From a virus (taxonomy: Duplodnaviria > Caudoviricetes), in IMG/VR virus record IMGVR_UViG_3300011434_000016, positions 1 to 36,101 of that record: a stretch of DNA of 36,101 nucleotides; one strand, written 5' to 3'. The translations under genes were made by a program, and so were the position numbers. This document shows, piece after piece, positions 1 to 8,421 of the stretch; within the stretch, counting starts at the first letter, position 1, and each line of letters begins with the position of its first letter. Under the pieces are notes generated by a model, which made no database searches, was not told where the DNA came from, and saw nothing but the letters and a program-made list of their open reading frames with translations.

Positions 1-69
1 CTTTCCGGCATTTTACCTTTACCGTACTAAGGCGAACAATCGGACTAAGTCGATGGGAGTGAGCATTTC

Positions 70-960
70 GTGGCTCGACTGATGGGCGTCACCCTGACCG
101 AGGACGCCGTGCGGCAGCGGCGAAAGACCGTCACGCGGCGGATGGGATGGCGCAACCTCGCGGTGGGCGACCGGCTCACGTTGTGCCTCAAGGTGCAGGG
201 CCGCCGCCGCCAGGACGGCACCGTCGAGCCGCTGGTGCGTCTGGCCGAGGTGCAGGTGGTCTCCGTCCGGCGAGAGCAGCTGGCGTCTGGTCTGACCGTG
301 GCCGAGGTGGAACGCGAGGGATTCCCGGGCTGGGACCCGGACCGGTTCGTGAGGTTCTTCTGCCAGGCCATGAGTTGCGAGCCCGACGCCGAGGTCACGC
401 GCATCGAGTGGCGCTACCTCGATCAGGTGGAGTACCTGCGCCTGACCGAGCGGGATGTGCCGTGTCAGGTGCCGCACCCGCAGCGCAACGAGCTGGCGTG
501 CGCCCACCCGGACGGCCACGGCGTGCACTGGGATGGCGACCGCGAGGTCTGGCTGGGCCCGACGCCGGACGAGGAGAGGCGCGGCCCGGCAACGGTCCGC
601 ATGGTTGGCCGGGACCCCGCGATTGACGCGGCGGTGTACGGCGTGGCGTATGTGTGGCGCAGACCTGACGGGCCCGAGATCGTCATTCCTCCGGATGAGG
701 TGGTTGTGGTGCTGCGCGACCCGCCCGCCCCAAGGGGGGGCCCGCGGCTGGGTCTGGCCACGACGCGGCAGCTGCTGGAGGAGATCAAGGCCCGCGGCGT
801 GCTGGAGACCTTCTACCGCCAGATTGGCTCCGACATGGCCAACGGGGCGGCCAACCTGATGGAGTCGCTCCCCGGGTCCATGCTCGACTACAGCAAGGCG
901 AGCACGAGAGGAGGTGATCAAGATGGAGCACAAGCCAGCGAGCCCGGTCGTACCGGGTGA
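70..960 (+). CDS. ASCH/PUA-like domain protein with extra C-terminal modules
   Basis: N-terminal KTVTRRMGW...VGDRL...VSVRREQL...EVEREGF...F...RIEWRY matches the ASCH pattern. GGGAG SD at 55-59. Confidence 0.7.
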   Translation: MARLMGVTLTEDAVRQRRKTVTRRMGWRNLAVGDRLTLCLKVQGRRRQDGTVEPLVRLAEVQVVSVRREQLASGLTVAEVEREGFPGWDPDRFVRFFCQAMSCEPDAEVTRIEWRYLDQVEYLRLTERDVPCQVPHPQRNELACAHPDGHGVHWDGDREVWLGPTPDEERRGPATVRMVGRDPAIDAAVYGVAYVWRRPDGPEIVIPPDEVVVVLRDPPAPRGGPRLGLATTRQLLEEIKARGVLETFYRQIGSDMANGAANLMESLPGSMLDYSKASTRGGDQDGAQASEPGRTG

Positions 961-1189
961 CGTGGTGCGTGTCGTGGACGAGCTGTACGTGGAGCACCTG
1001 GGCCTGGTGACGGCCGTTCATGGCCAGTTCGGGGAGTACGTGCCGTGTGTAAACGCGGTGTACGTGTCCTCGGATGAGACCCGGCGTGACCCGTACGGCC
1101 AGCAGGTCGAGCGGCTTTCGTCGCTGCAGCACTACTCGCAGGGGCCGATCAACATGCCCAGGCCGGGCCGCTACTGGGAGAACATCTGA
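923..1189 (+). CDS. Hypothetical phage protein
   Basis: GGAGG at 910-914 before ATG 923; GC3-biased codons. Confidence 0.7.
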   Translation: MEHKPASPVVPGDVVRVVDELYVEHLGLVTAVHGQFGEYVPCVNAVYVSSDETRRDPYGQQVERLSSLQHYSQGPINMPRPGRYWENI

Positions 1190-1256
1190 GTGAGGCCGGC
1201 CGCCAAGTACCCGCCGACGAGGTGAGGAACGCGGACCGGTGAGGAGATGATCAGGA

Positions 1257-1475
1257 ATGGGCTACGTCAATCACCTGGCCGCAGAAGACGGCCGGGGCAC
1301 CGAGTGCGGGGAGCCATGGCAGGGCTGGCAGGCACCGGCGGGGACGGCAGACCTGCCTCCAGACAACCAGCCGCGGCCCCATATCGACCCGATCCGCCAG
1401 TGCCGTGCCTGCCTGCTCGTTGGTCGCCTGCGGGCCGAGCTGGACACGATGCGCCAGCTGGTGCACCGGGATTGA
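1257..1475 (+). CDS. Small hypothetical protein (His/Cys, possible Zn binding)
   Basis: GAGGAG upstream; H...C...CRAC; fills the gap before the terminase genes. Confidence 0.55.
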   Translation: MGYVNHLAAEDGRGTECGEPWQGWQAPAGTADLPPDNQPRPHIDPIRQCRACLLVGRLRAELDTMRQLVHRD

Positions 1476-1480
1476 GAGCC

Positions 1481-2032
1481 GTGACTGGTGAACGCCGCCG
1501 GCAGGGCGACGTCGAGCGGGCGGTGCGCCGCGACCTGCGGGGGCTGGGTAAGGACGCCATGAAGGGCCGAGCGACGCTGGAAATGATCGCGCTCAAGCTG
1601 GCCCGGGCGATCGACGGCCGCGGCGACGAGGGGCCGACCACGACGGCCAAGCTGCTGCAAGAGCTGCGGCTGGTGATGGGGCAGGTGATGCGCGTTGATG
1701 GTGACGACGACGAAGCGGCCGCCCTCGAACGTGCCGTGTCTGCCCCTGTTCGGGACACCGCGCAGCCCGGAGCGGGAGACGCTGGGCCCGGGCGTGATCG
1801 ACCTGGCGCGGCGGCTGGGCCGCCCGTACATGCCCCACCAGGAGTACATGGCCAACGTGGCGCTGGAGATCGACCCGCGCACGGGCCGGCTGGCCTACGA
1901 CCAGGTGCTGATCATCGGGCCGCGGCAGAACACGGGCAAGACGGAGTTCCTGCTGCCCTACCTGACGCACCGGTGCATCTCACCGTGGTTCGGGGGGATG
2001 CAGCGGGTCCTGCAGACGGCACAAACGGCTGA
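1481..2032 (+). CDS. terS: Putative terminase small subunit (3' end overlaps TerL)
   Basis: Helical protein (ALKLARAID...AKLLQELR) immediately upstream of TerL. GTG start at 1481 is inferred. Confidence 0.6.
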   Translation: MTGERRRQGDVERAVRRDLRGLGKDAMKGRATLEMIALKLARAIDGRGDEGPTTTAKLLQELRLVMGQVMRVDGDDDEAAALERAVSAPVRDTAQPGAGDAGPGRDRPGAAAGPPVHAPPGVHGQRGAGDRPAHGPAGLRPGADHRAAAEHGQDGVPAALPDAPVHLTVVRGDAAGPADGTNG

Positions 2033-3236
2033 CGATGCCCGCACGAAATGGCGCGACGTGTACCGGGAGCGTCTGCTCAAGGCCCGCACGATCAAGTCAA
2101 TGTTCCGTTCCCGGTTGAGCCTGAACCAGGAGGCTTTCATCTGGCGCAACGGGTCGATGTGGTCGCCCGGGTCGACCACCGGCAAGACGGCTGGCACGGG
2201 CGACACGTTGGACATCGGCGTGATCGATGAGGCGTGGTCGCGGCCGGACTTCCGCACCGAGCTGGGCATGGCCCCGGCCATGGACACCAGGCCCAACGCG
2301 CAGCTGCTGATCGCGTCGATGATCCCCGGGCTGACCCGGGCGGTGCCGGGGACGTGGCCGTACCTGAAAGAGAAACGGCGCTTGGCCCGGGCCCGGGTCG
2401 AGGCCGGGTCGCGGCACGGGATTGCCCTGTTCGACTGGTCGGCGGTCGAGGGTGCCGACCCGGGCGACCCGCGCACGTGGTATTCGTGCATGCCGGGGCT
2501 GGGGGCCACCGTCGAGGAGCACCGGATCCGGGGGCACTTCGAAAAGCTGCCGCTCGTGGACTTCTGCGCGGAGTTCCTGGGCTGGGAACCGAGGGAGACG
2601 GTGCCGATGTGGACCACGGTTCCGCAGCGGGTCTGGGATGGGCTGGTGGACCCGGCGTCGTCGCCGGTAGGCACGGTCGCGCTGGCGGTGGAGATCAGCC
2701 GCGATCGGCAGCGGGGCTACCTGGGCACCGTGGGGAAACGCGCCGACGGGCACTGGCACCTGGAGGTTGTGGAGCCCGGGCAGAAGATCGCCCCCGGGAC
2801 GGTGGGGATCGATTGGATGGAGCCGCGGGCGCTGGAGATCCTGGCCGGGCAGGACGTGTGCACCACGGTGATCGACAAGCGGCGCCCGGCGGCCAGCCTC
2901 ATTGTGCCGATCGAGACTGCCGGATACGACGTGACGACGCCCAACGGGCCCGACATTCAGGCGGCGTGCGGACGCTGGTATGACCGCACCGGCGCGGCCA
3001 CCGACCCCGATGCGGTCAAGCGCGATGACGGCACCCGGGTACGGCACCTGGGCCAGCAGTCCCTGGACCGGGCGGTGGCGCTGGTCAAGACGATCGACGT
3101 GGGGGCCGGAGCGTTCACGTTCGTTGACCGCGGGTCGGACGACAGCATCGGGCCCCTGTACCTGATGGTCCTGGGCATGCTGGGCGTGGAGCTCAAGTGG
3201 ACCCCGCCCATGCCCGACCTGGAGATCTTCTACTGA
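1695..3236 (+). CDS. terL: Terminase large subunit
   Basis: MPHQ adenine-binding motif, Walker A-like GPRQNTGKT, Walker B IGVIDEAW, C-terminal nuclease region. True start uncertain (1695-1731). Confidence 0.92.
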   Translation: MMVTTTKRPPSNVPCLPLFGTPRSPERETLGPGVIDLARRLGRPYMPHQEYMANVALEIDPRTGRLAYDQVLIIGPRQNTGKTEFLLPYLTHRCISPWFGGMQRVLQTAQTADDARTKWRDVYRERLLKARTIKSMFRSRLSLNQEAFIWRNGSMWSPGSTTGKTAGTGDTLDIGVIDEAWSRPDFRTELGMAPAMDTRPNAQLLIASMIPGLTRAVPGTWPYLKEKRRLARARVEAGSRHGIALFDWSAVEGADPGDPRTWYSCMPGLGATVEEHRIRGHFEKLPLVDFCAEFLGWEPRETVPMWTTVPQRVWDGLVDPASSPVGTVALAVEISRDRQRGYLGTVGKRADGHWHLEVVEPGQKIAPGTVGIDWMEPRALEILAGQDVCTTVIDKRRPAASLIVPIETAGYDVTTPNGPDIQAACGRWYDRTGAATDPDAVKRDDGTRVRHLGQQSLDRAVALVKTIDVGAGAFTFVDRGSDDSIGPLYLMVLGMLGVELKWTPPMPDLEIFY

Positions 3237-3322
3237 CAGGTTGGCGCGTTTACACGCGAGGCCGGGCAGGTTCGCGGGCAGGTCGGGGCCTTTGGTCGTA
3301 CGGTCCCCACCTGTGGTGGGGC

Positions 3323-3338
3323 TAACATCCTGCTCATG
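3323..3338 (+). promoter_or_regulatory. Putative -10 element for a leaderless transcript of the head module
   Basis: TAACAT at 3323-3328 lies 7 nt before ATG 3336, with no SD. A CCCCAC/GTGGGG hairpin lies just upstream. Confidence 0.5.
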
Positions 3339-3692
3339 GGACAGGTCCGCATGTGGCTGGCTGGGCTGTGCGCGACGCTCGGTGTCGGCGTGCTGGCCGG
3401 GCCTGGCTGGGCGCTGCTGGCCGCCGCCGCCGTGGTGTACCTGACCCCCACCCCGCAGACCCTCACCCGCCATGTCCAGGCTCTGGCCTCCCGAGGCGTG
3501 CGGGTGTGGCGGTGGGTCCTGACCGGCCGGCACCAGGTGGCCATGTCCGTGACGCCGGTCGCGATCGTGCTAGTGCCGTGGGGTGCCGGGGTGATCGCCG
3601 GGGCTGGCTGGGCCCTGCTCGTGTCCGGCGTGCTGGTGCTGGGCCTGGCGTTGCTGCTGGGCTGGGACTCCTCTGCGCGGCCTGCGCCGTGA
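3336..3692 (+). CDS. Small multi-pass membrane protein
   Basis: Two repeated hydrophobic hairpins (GxGVxAGxGWALL); position between terminase and portal. Confidence 0.75.
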   Translation: MGQVRMWLAGLCATLGVGVLAGPGWALLAAAAVVYLTPTPQTLTRHVQALASRGVRVWRWVLTGRHQVAMSVTPVAIVLVPWGAGVIAGAGWALLVSGVLVLGLALLLGWDSSARPAP

Positions 3693-4495
3693 TGCCTCTC
3701 CTGGCCCCGTTCGAGTCCGACGTGTGGACGGCGCTGGAGATCACGGACCCGGCCACCCGCGACGCGGTGCTGGCCGAGCTCGCCAAGGCCATCCACCGCG
3801 ACCGGCTGGGCCGGTTCTCCTCCGGCGGCGGCGGCGGCGGCGGGGCCGGGGCGGCCGATGGCGGGGCCGGTGCGGGCGGCGGTGCCGAGGCCGGCGCCGG
3901 TGGCGGGACGTTGTCCGCGGCGCAGGTGCATGAGGCGCTGCTGACCGACCTGGACGTCACCATGGCCCCCGACCAGCTCGACGGCCTCATGCACGCGATG
4001 GCCGGGGGGAAGGCGGTCAACCTGGAGCATCTGCAGGTGACCGGGGCCGGCAATGAGCACATGTTCCGGGAGCACTCCACCGAGACGCCGCGCTCGCGGA
4101 TGCCGCAGCTGCCCGAGACCGCCGAGGGGCTGCAGGCGTTCACCGACGACCTGTCCGCCCGGGGTGTGGGCATGCAGCTGCATCACGGGGTCGATCCGCG
4201 CAGCCTGCATGCGACGCAGAACGAGCTGGACGGGGCCAAGGTAGGCACCCTCTACGGGTACATCCGCGGGTCGGGCTGGCGCGAGGACTCGGTCATCATC
4301 GCCGCGCGGGACGGTTCCGTGGTCGACGGGCACCACCGGTGGGCCGCCGGGTCGGCGGCCCGGGTGGCCGGGCAGGACTTCGGGATCAACGTGCTGCAGA
4401 TCGACATGGGCATTGAGGATCTGCTGAGCATCGCCGAGACCCACTCCGGTGCGCACCGGTCAATGGACGCCGGCCTGGCCGGGGCGGCGGCATGA
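3692..4495 (+). CDS. ParB/Srx-like domain protein with N-terminal shared leader and Gly linker
   Basis: PRSRMPQL, LHATQNE, IIAARDGSVVDGHHRWAA motif. ATG overlaps the upstream TGA. Confidence 0.75.
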   Translation: MPLLAPFESDVWTALEITDPATRDAVLAELAKAIHRDRLGRFSSGGGGGGGAGAADGGAGAGGGAEAGAGGGTLSAAQVHEALLTDLDVTMAPDQLDGLMHAMAGGKAVNLEHLQVTGAGNEHMFREHSTETPRSRMPQLPETAEGLQAFTDDLSARGVGMQLHHGVDPRSLHATQNELDGAKVGTLYGYIRGSGWREDSVIIAARDGSVVDGHHRWAAGSAARVAGQDFGINVLQIDMGIEDLLSIAETHSGAHRSMDAGLAGAAA

Positions 4496-5547
4496 GCCAG
4501 CCAGACACCCGACCGCCGCCGCCGGACCCAGCCAAGCCCTATATCTGGATCGGCGGGCAGTGGTGGCTGGTCGCCACCGACACGTCCGACGGTGTCCCGG
4601 ACTCACTGGAGTTCAGCACCGACACGGCCGACGACGCGGCCGGCAAGACGGCGTGGGAGCGCGACGTGCACCACGCCCTGGGCCTGGTCGACACGGCCAC
4701 CCGCGACGCGGTACTGGAGGCCCTGGCCAAGGCGCAGGGCCGCGACCGGCTGGGCCGCTTCGCCGGCAGCGGGTCAAGCGGCGGCGGGTCGGGCGGCGGC
4801 GCAACGAACATGACGGGCGGGCCGCTGCGGTCCTCGATCCCCGGCCAGCCCGGCGGGCCGCCGCTGCCGCGGGCGTCACTGGCCCAGGCCAAGACGACCG
4901 CACAGGTGGCGGCGGTCACGTCCCGCGAGCTGCAGGGCATCATGGGCCGCCCCGTGCCGGTCGATTTCAGCGGTCTGTCCCCGGCCATCGCCCGCGAGTC
5001 TGGCGAGGGGCTGCTGATGGCGGCCAAGCGGTACCCCAAGAACGACCTACGCAACGTCCAGACGTACGGGCCGGGCGGTACCCGTTCGACCCATCCGGGT
5101 GACCCGATGTTTGAGGCTGCGGCGATCACCGATGTGCACTTCTCCGCCCAGCACGCCGACGAGATGCACTTCTCCACGATCGGCGGGGAGAAGTTCCTAC
5201 GGGCCCAGTACGCCTCTTCGGCGTCGATGGGTGGCCACGCGGCGCCCCACCCGACCGGGGTTGCCGTGCACGAGATGGGCCACGTGGTGTCGATGCACAG
5301 CAGCGCCGACATCACGTCGACCAACCTGATTACTGCCCGGGCGACCGCGGCCGGCATGGGGCAGGACGACCAGCACGTCTCGGCCTACGTCGGACACCAA
5401 ATCTCGATCTACGGTGGGGACAGTCCGCCCGAGGCGATGGCCGAGGCGTTCGCCGATGTGTTGGTCAACGGGAGCAGCGCACGCCCGTTGAGCAAAGACA
5501 TACACACCATCATCGATGCCTACTACCAGTCTGTGAACCTGCCATGA
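4492..5547 (+). CDS. Zincin-like metallopeptidase (HEXXH) with shared N-terminal leader
   Basis: VHEMGHV followed by ISIYG...EAMAEAFA, the pattern of MuF-associated metallopeptidase domains. Confidence 0.72.
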   Translation: MSQPDTRPPPPDPAKPYIWIGGQWWLVATDTSDGVPDSLEFSTDTADDAAGKTAWERDVHHALGLVDTATRDAVLEALAKAQGRDRLGRFAGSGSSGGGSGGGATNMTGGPLRSSIPGQPGGPPLPRASLAQAKTTAQVAAVTSRELQGIMGRPVPVDFSGLSPAIARESGEGLLMAAKRYPKNDLRNVQTYGPGGTRSTHPGDPMFEAAAITDVHFSAQHADEMHFSTIGGEKFLRAQYASSASMGGHAAPHPTGVAVHEMGHVVSMHSSADITSTNLITARATAAGMGQDDQHVSAYVGHQISIYGGDSPPEAMAEAFADVLVNGSSARPLSKDIHTIIDAYYQSVNLP

Positions 5548-5783
5548 CCGTGATCCTTCGCCCAGCACAGTGCCTGTTCTGCGCCCGGCGCGCGTTCCCC
5601 GCCGCCGGAGCGCAGGGCCAGACGTGCACCGCCTTCCCCGGCGGCATCCCCGACCCGATCTGGCACAACCAGGTCGACCACCGCCAGCCCTTCACCGGCG
5701 ACGGCGGCCTGCAGTTCGAGGCCACCGAGGGCATGACGTTCCCCGACTGGGTCCCCGTACAACCCCCCACGGGAGGCGACTGA
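5544..5783 (+). CDS. Small Cys-rich protein, possible partner or immunity protein of the upstream peptidase
   Basis: CxxC...CTAFPGGIP..I....DHRQPF.GDGGLQFE; translationally coupled to the peptidase gene. Confidence 0.7.
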   Translation: MTVILRPAQCLFCARRAFPAAGAQGQTCTAFPGGIPDPIWHNQVDHRQPFTGDGGLQFEATEGMTFPDWVPVQPPTGGD

Positions 5784-7246
5784 TGGGCTGGCTTACCAAC
5801 GCCTCTAAGGACCTGGTCGACCTGCGCGACGGTCGGCAGAACTTCATGCAACTCAGCGCCAACGGCGGCGGCGGGCCCAACATGGCGGGCGAGGTCTACC
5901 AGGACGGGTCGTTCGCCAACTACGCCAGCAACGGCTACGGCCGCAACGAGCTGGCCTACGCCTGCATCCGGTACCGGGCCGAGTCGCTGCCGCAGGCCAC
6001 CATCCGCGTGTACCAGTCAGACGACGCCACCGAGATTCCCGAGCATCCGCTGCGGCAGCTGTTCGCCAAACCCAACCCGGTCACCAACGAGTTCGAATTC
6101 TTCGAGCTGTCCAGCACCTACAAGGACCTGGCCGGCACCTGTTTCTGGCTGGTCGTCAAGGGCCGCAACGGATGGCCGGCCGAGCTGTGGCCGCTGCGCC
6201 CGGACCTGCTCTCAGCGCTGCCCAACCCGCGCAACCTGGCCGACTTCACCTGGATCTACCGGCCCGACCCGGAACGGCCAGACATCGCGGTGCCTATCCC
6301 GGCAGCTGGAACCGCGGCAGCGGCAGCCTCGCAGGCGTTCATCGTCCGGGTGCGCTACCCCAACCCCAACCCGCGGGATCTGGGCTGGCGCTACTTCGGC
6401 ATGCCCCCGATGCGGCCGGCGGCGCGGGCGTTAACCCTGGACAACGGGGCCACCGATTTCGTGGACAAGCTGCTGCGCAACCACGCCATGCCCTCGGTCG
6501 TCATCGAGACCGAGCAGGAAATCACGCCCAACGTGCACGAGCGGCTGGCCGCCATGTGGGGCAACGCATTCGGCGGAGCCCGGCGCACCACGCCGGCGTT
6601 CCTGCAGAAGGGCATGAAGCTCCACGAGCTCGGCCTGTCCCTGACCAACCTGGAGTTCCCGGACCTGCGGGCGGTGTCTGAGACCCGCATCTGCATGGCG
6701 TTCGCGGTCGAGCCCATCCTGGTCGGCGCCAAGATCGGCCTGGAGCACAACGCCTACAAGGACTACCGCGAGGCGCGGCTGTCCTTCTGGGAAGAGACCA
6801 TGTTCACCGAGGAACGTCGCTACATCGAGCCGGTCCGGATGTGGCTGGCGCCGCTGTTCTCCGGCGCCGGGCGCCGCTCGGTCAAGGTGCGGTGGGACAA
6901 CTCCGAAGTCCTCGCCCTCAAAGAGGCCACCGGCGCGATGTGGGAGCGCAGCGCCAACGCCTTCCGCGCGGGCGGCATCACCCAGAACGACTTCCGCCGG
7001 CTCGTGGGCCTGCCGCCCGTACCGAACGGCGACGTGTTCTACATCCCGGCCGGGGTCACCCCCACGCCGATCGACGCCGACCCGGCGGCGGCGGTTGCCG
7101 ACGCCGCAGCGGGAGCGCAGGCGGCGCAAGAGGCGGGATCCGTGGCCGCAAGCCTCGGCATGCTCGCCGCGGAGTACGGCATCGAGTTGACACGCGACGA
7201 GCTGGCGATGGTGGCCGCCCGCGCAGGCTGGGAGGCAAGATCATGA
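5783..7246 (+). CDS. Portal protein (HK97 family)
   Basis: YACIRYRAESL, HPLRQLF..PNP, ELWPLRPD, ICMAF.V.P.LVG, ITQNDFRRLVGLPP..GD motifs. GGGAGG SD. Confidence 0.93.
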   Translation: MGWLTNASKDLVDLRDGRQNFMQLSANGGGGPNMAGEVYQDGSFANYASNGYGRNELAYACIRYRAESLPQATIRVYQSDDATEIPEHPLRQLFAKPNPVTNEFEFFELSSTYKDLAGTCFWLVVKGRNGWPAELWPLRPDLLSALPNPRNLADFTWIYRPDPERPDIAVPIPAAGTAAAAASQAFIVRVRYPNPNPRDLGWRYFGMPPMRPAARALTLDNGATDFVDKLLRNHAMPSVVIETEQEITPNVHERLAAMWGNAFGGARRTTPAFLQKGMKLHELGLSLTNLEFPDLRAVSETRICMAFAVEPILVGAKIGLEHNAYKDYREARLSFWEETMFTEERRYIEPVRMWLAPLFSGAGRRSVKVRWDNSEVLALKEATGAMWERSANAFRAGGITQNDFRRLVGLPPVPNGDVFYIPAGVTPTPIDADPAAAVADAAAGAQAAQEAGSVAASLGMLAAEYGIELTRDELAMVAARAGWEARS

Positions 7247-8412
7247 ACGGTGAGTGGTTGCGGCTGGGTCTGGGCGGTGTGGTGCCGATCTCGTGGGACC
7301 TGGCCGCCAAGTCGAGCGGGACCGGCGAGCTGGAGGGCTGGGCGTCGGTCTACAACGTGGTCGACGAGCAGGACGACATCGTTGTGCCGGGCGCCTTCAA
7401 GAAGACGCTGGCCGACTGGCGCGCCTCGGGCCGCTCCATCCCGCTGTCCAAGGACCACGAGTTCGGCCTGGACTCGGTGATCGGGTCACTCAAGATGGCC
7501 GAGGAGACCCCGTACGGGCTGCGGATCGGAGCGTCGTTCGCGTCGACCGCCGACGCCCAGGATCAGCGCACCAAAGCCCGCGAGGGTCACGTGCGGGGCC
7601 TGTCCATCTTCGGGCCGATCTTCCAGAAGTCGAGCACGACCCGTTCCGGGCGTTCGATCCGGGTTCTCAACGAGGTTGGCCTGCTGCAGGTGGCGCTGAC
7701 CGCCTACCCGGCAAACGTCATGTCCCTGACGACCGCGGCCAAGTCCGTGATGGCCATGCACCACACCGCGGTGGTCGATGAAACGTGGGACGCCGGCGCG
7801 GCGGTGACGGCCTCCAACACCGAGGCCGAGCACCGGCACATGTTCGCCGTGCTGCGCGAGGGCGCCGACCCGGCGCTGAAAGCCAGCTACGCCCTGCCCC
7901 ACCACAAGCCGGGCGCCGACGGGCCCGCCATCGTCTCGGCGGTCCGCGACGCCCTGGCCCGGCTACCGCAGACGCAGGGCCTGACCGAGGCAGACCGGGC
8001 CGCGGCCAAGGCGCACCTGCAGGCCCACCTGGACGATTTCACCAAGGCCGCATCCCTTGACCCGCGGTGGGAGGACGACCTACGCGCGGCGCTGCGGATC
8101 TCGTCCGCGCCGGTGCGGGCGGTCGCGGTCGACTCGCTCATGAAAGCGCGCTACCCGAACGCCACGGCCACCCTGGACCGCCCGCCGGCGGGCACTCCCG
8201 CCGCGATGGGTGATGATGGAGCCAGCAGCACCACCGGTCACGAGGACGATGCAGCGATGTACGCCCTGACGTTGATCGGAGAATCCGGGCCGAGCACTTC
8301 ACCCGGCGACGAGCCGAACACCTCACTCGTCGACTTGGAGGCCATCGCCGCGGCGGAGGCCACACGCGCAGCTCTGACGATTTTGGAGCAGCAGCTGCGC
8401 CAGGCGGGCTAG
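7243..8412 (+). CDS. HK97-type prohead protease with long C-terminal extension
   Basis: EGWASVYNVVD..DDIVVPGAFKKTL, catalytic His (DHE), GLSI (Ser), V.L..YPAN. GGGAGG SD. Confidence 0.9.
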   Translation: MNGEWLRLGLGGVVPISWDLAAKSSGTGELEGWASVYNVVDEQDDIVVPGAFKKTLADWRASGRSIPLSKDHEFGLDSVIGSLKMAEETPYGLRIGASFASTADAQDQRTKAREGHVRGLSIFGPIFQKSSTTRSGRSIRVLNEVGLLQVALTAYPANVMSLTTAAKSVMAMHHTAVVDETWDAGAAVTASNTEAEHRHMFAVLREGADPALKASYALPHHKPGADGPAIVSAVRDALARLPQTQGLTEADRAAAKAHLQAHLDDFTKAASLDPRWEDDLRAALRISSAPVRAVAVDSLMKARYPNATATLDRPPAGTPAAMGDDGASSTTGHEDDAAMYALTLIGESGPSTSPGDEPNTSLVDLEAIAAAEATRAALTILEQQLRQAG

Positions 8413-8421
8413 GAGCCTCGC

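Noticed and set aside
3823-3907. (GGC)n microsatellite as a phase-variation tract
   Set aside because: In-frame triplets encoding a Gly/Ala linker; the poly-Pro tracts in the endolysin are analogous.
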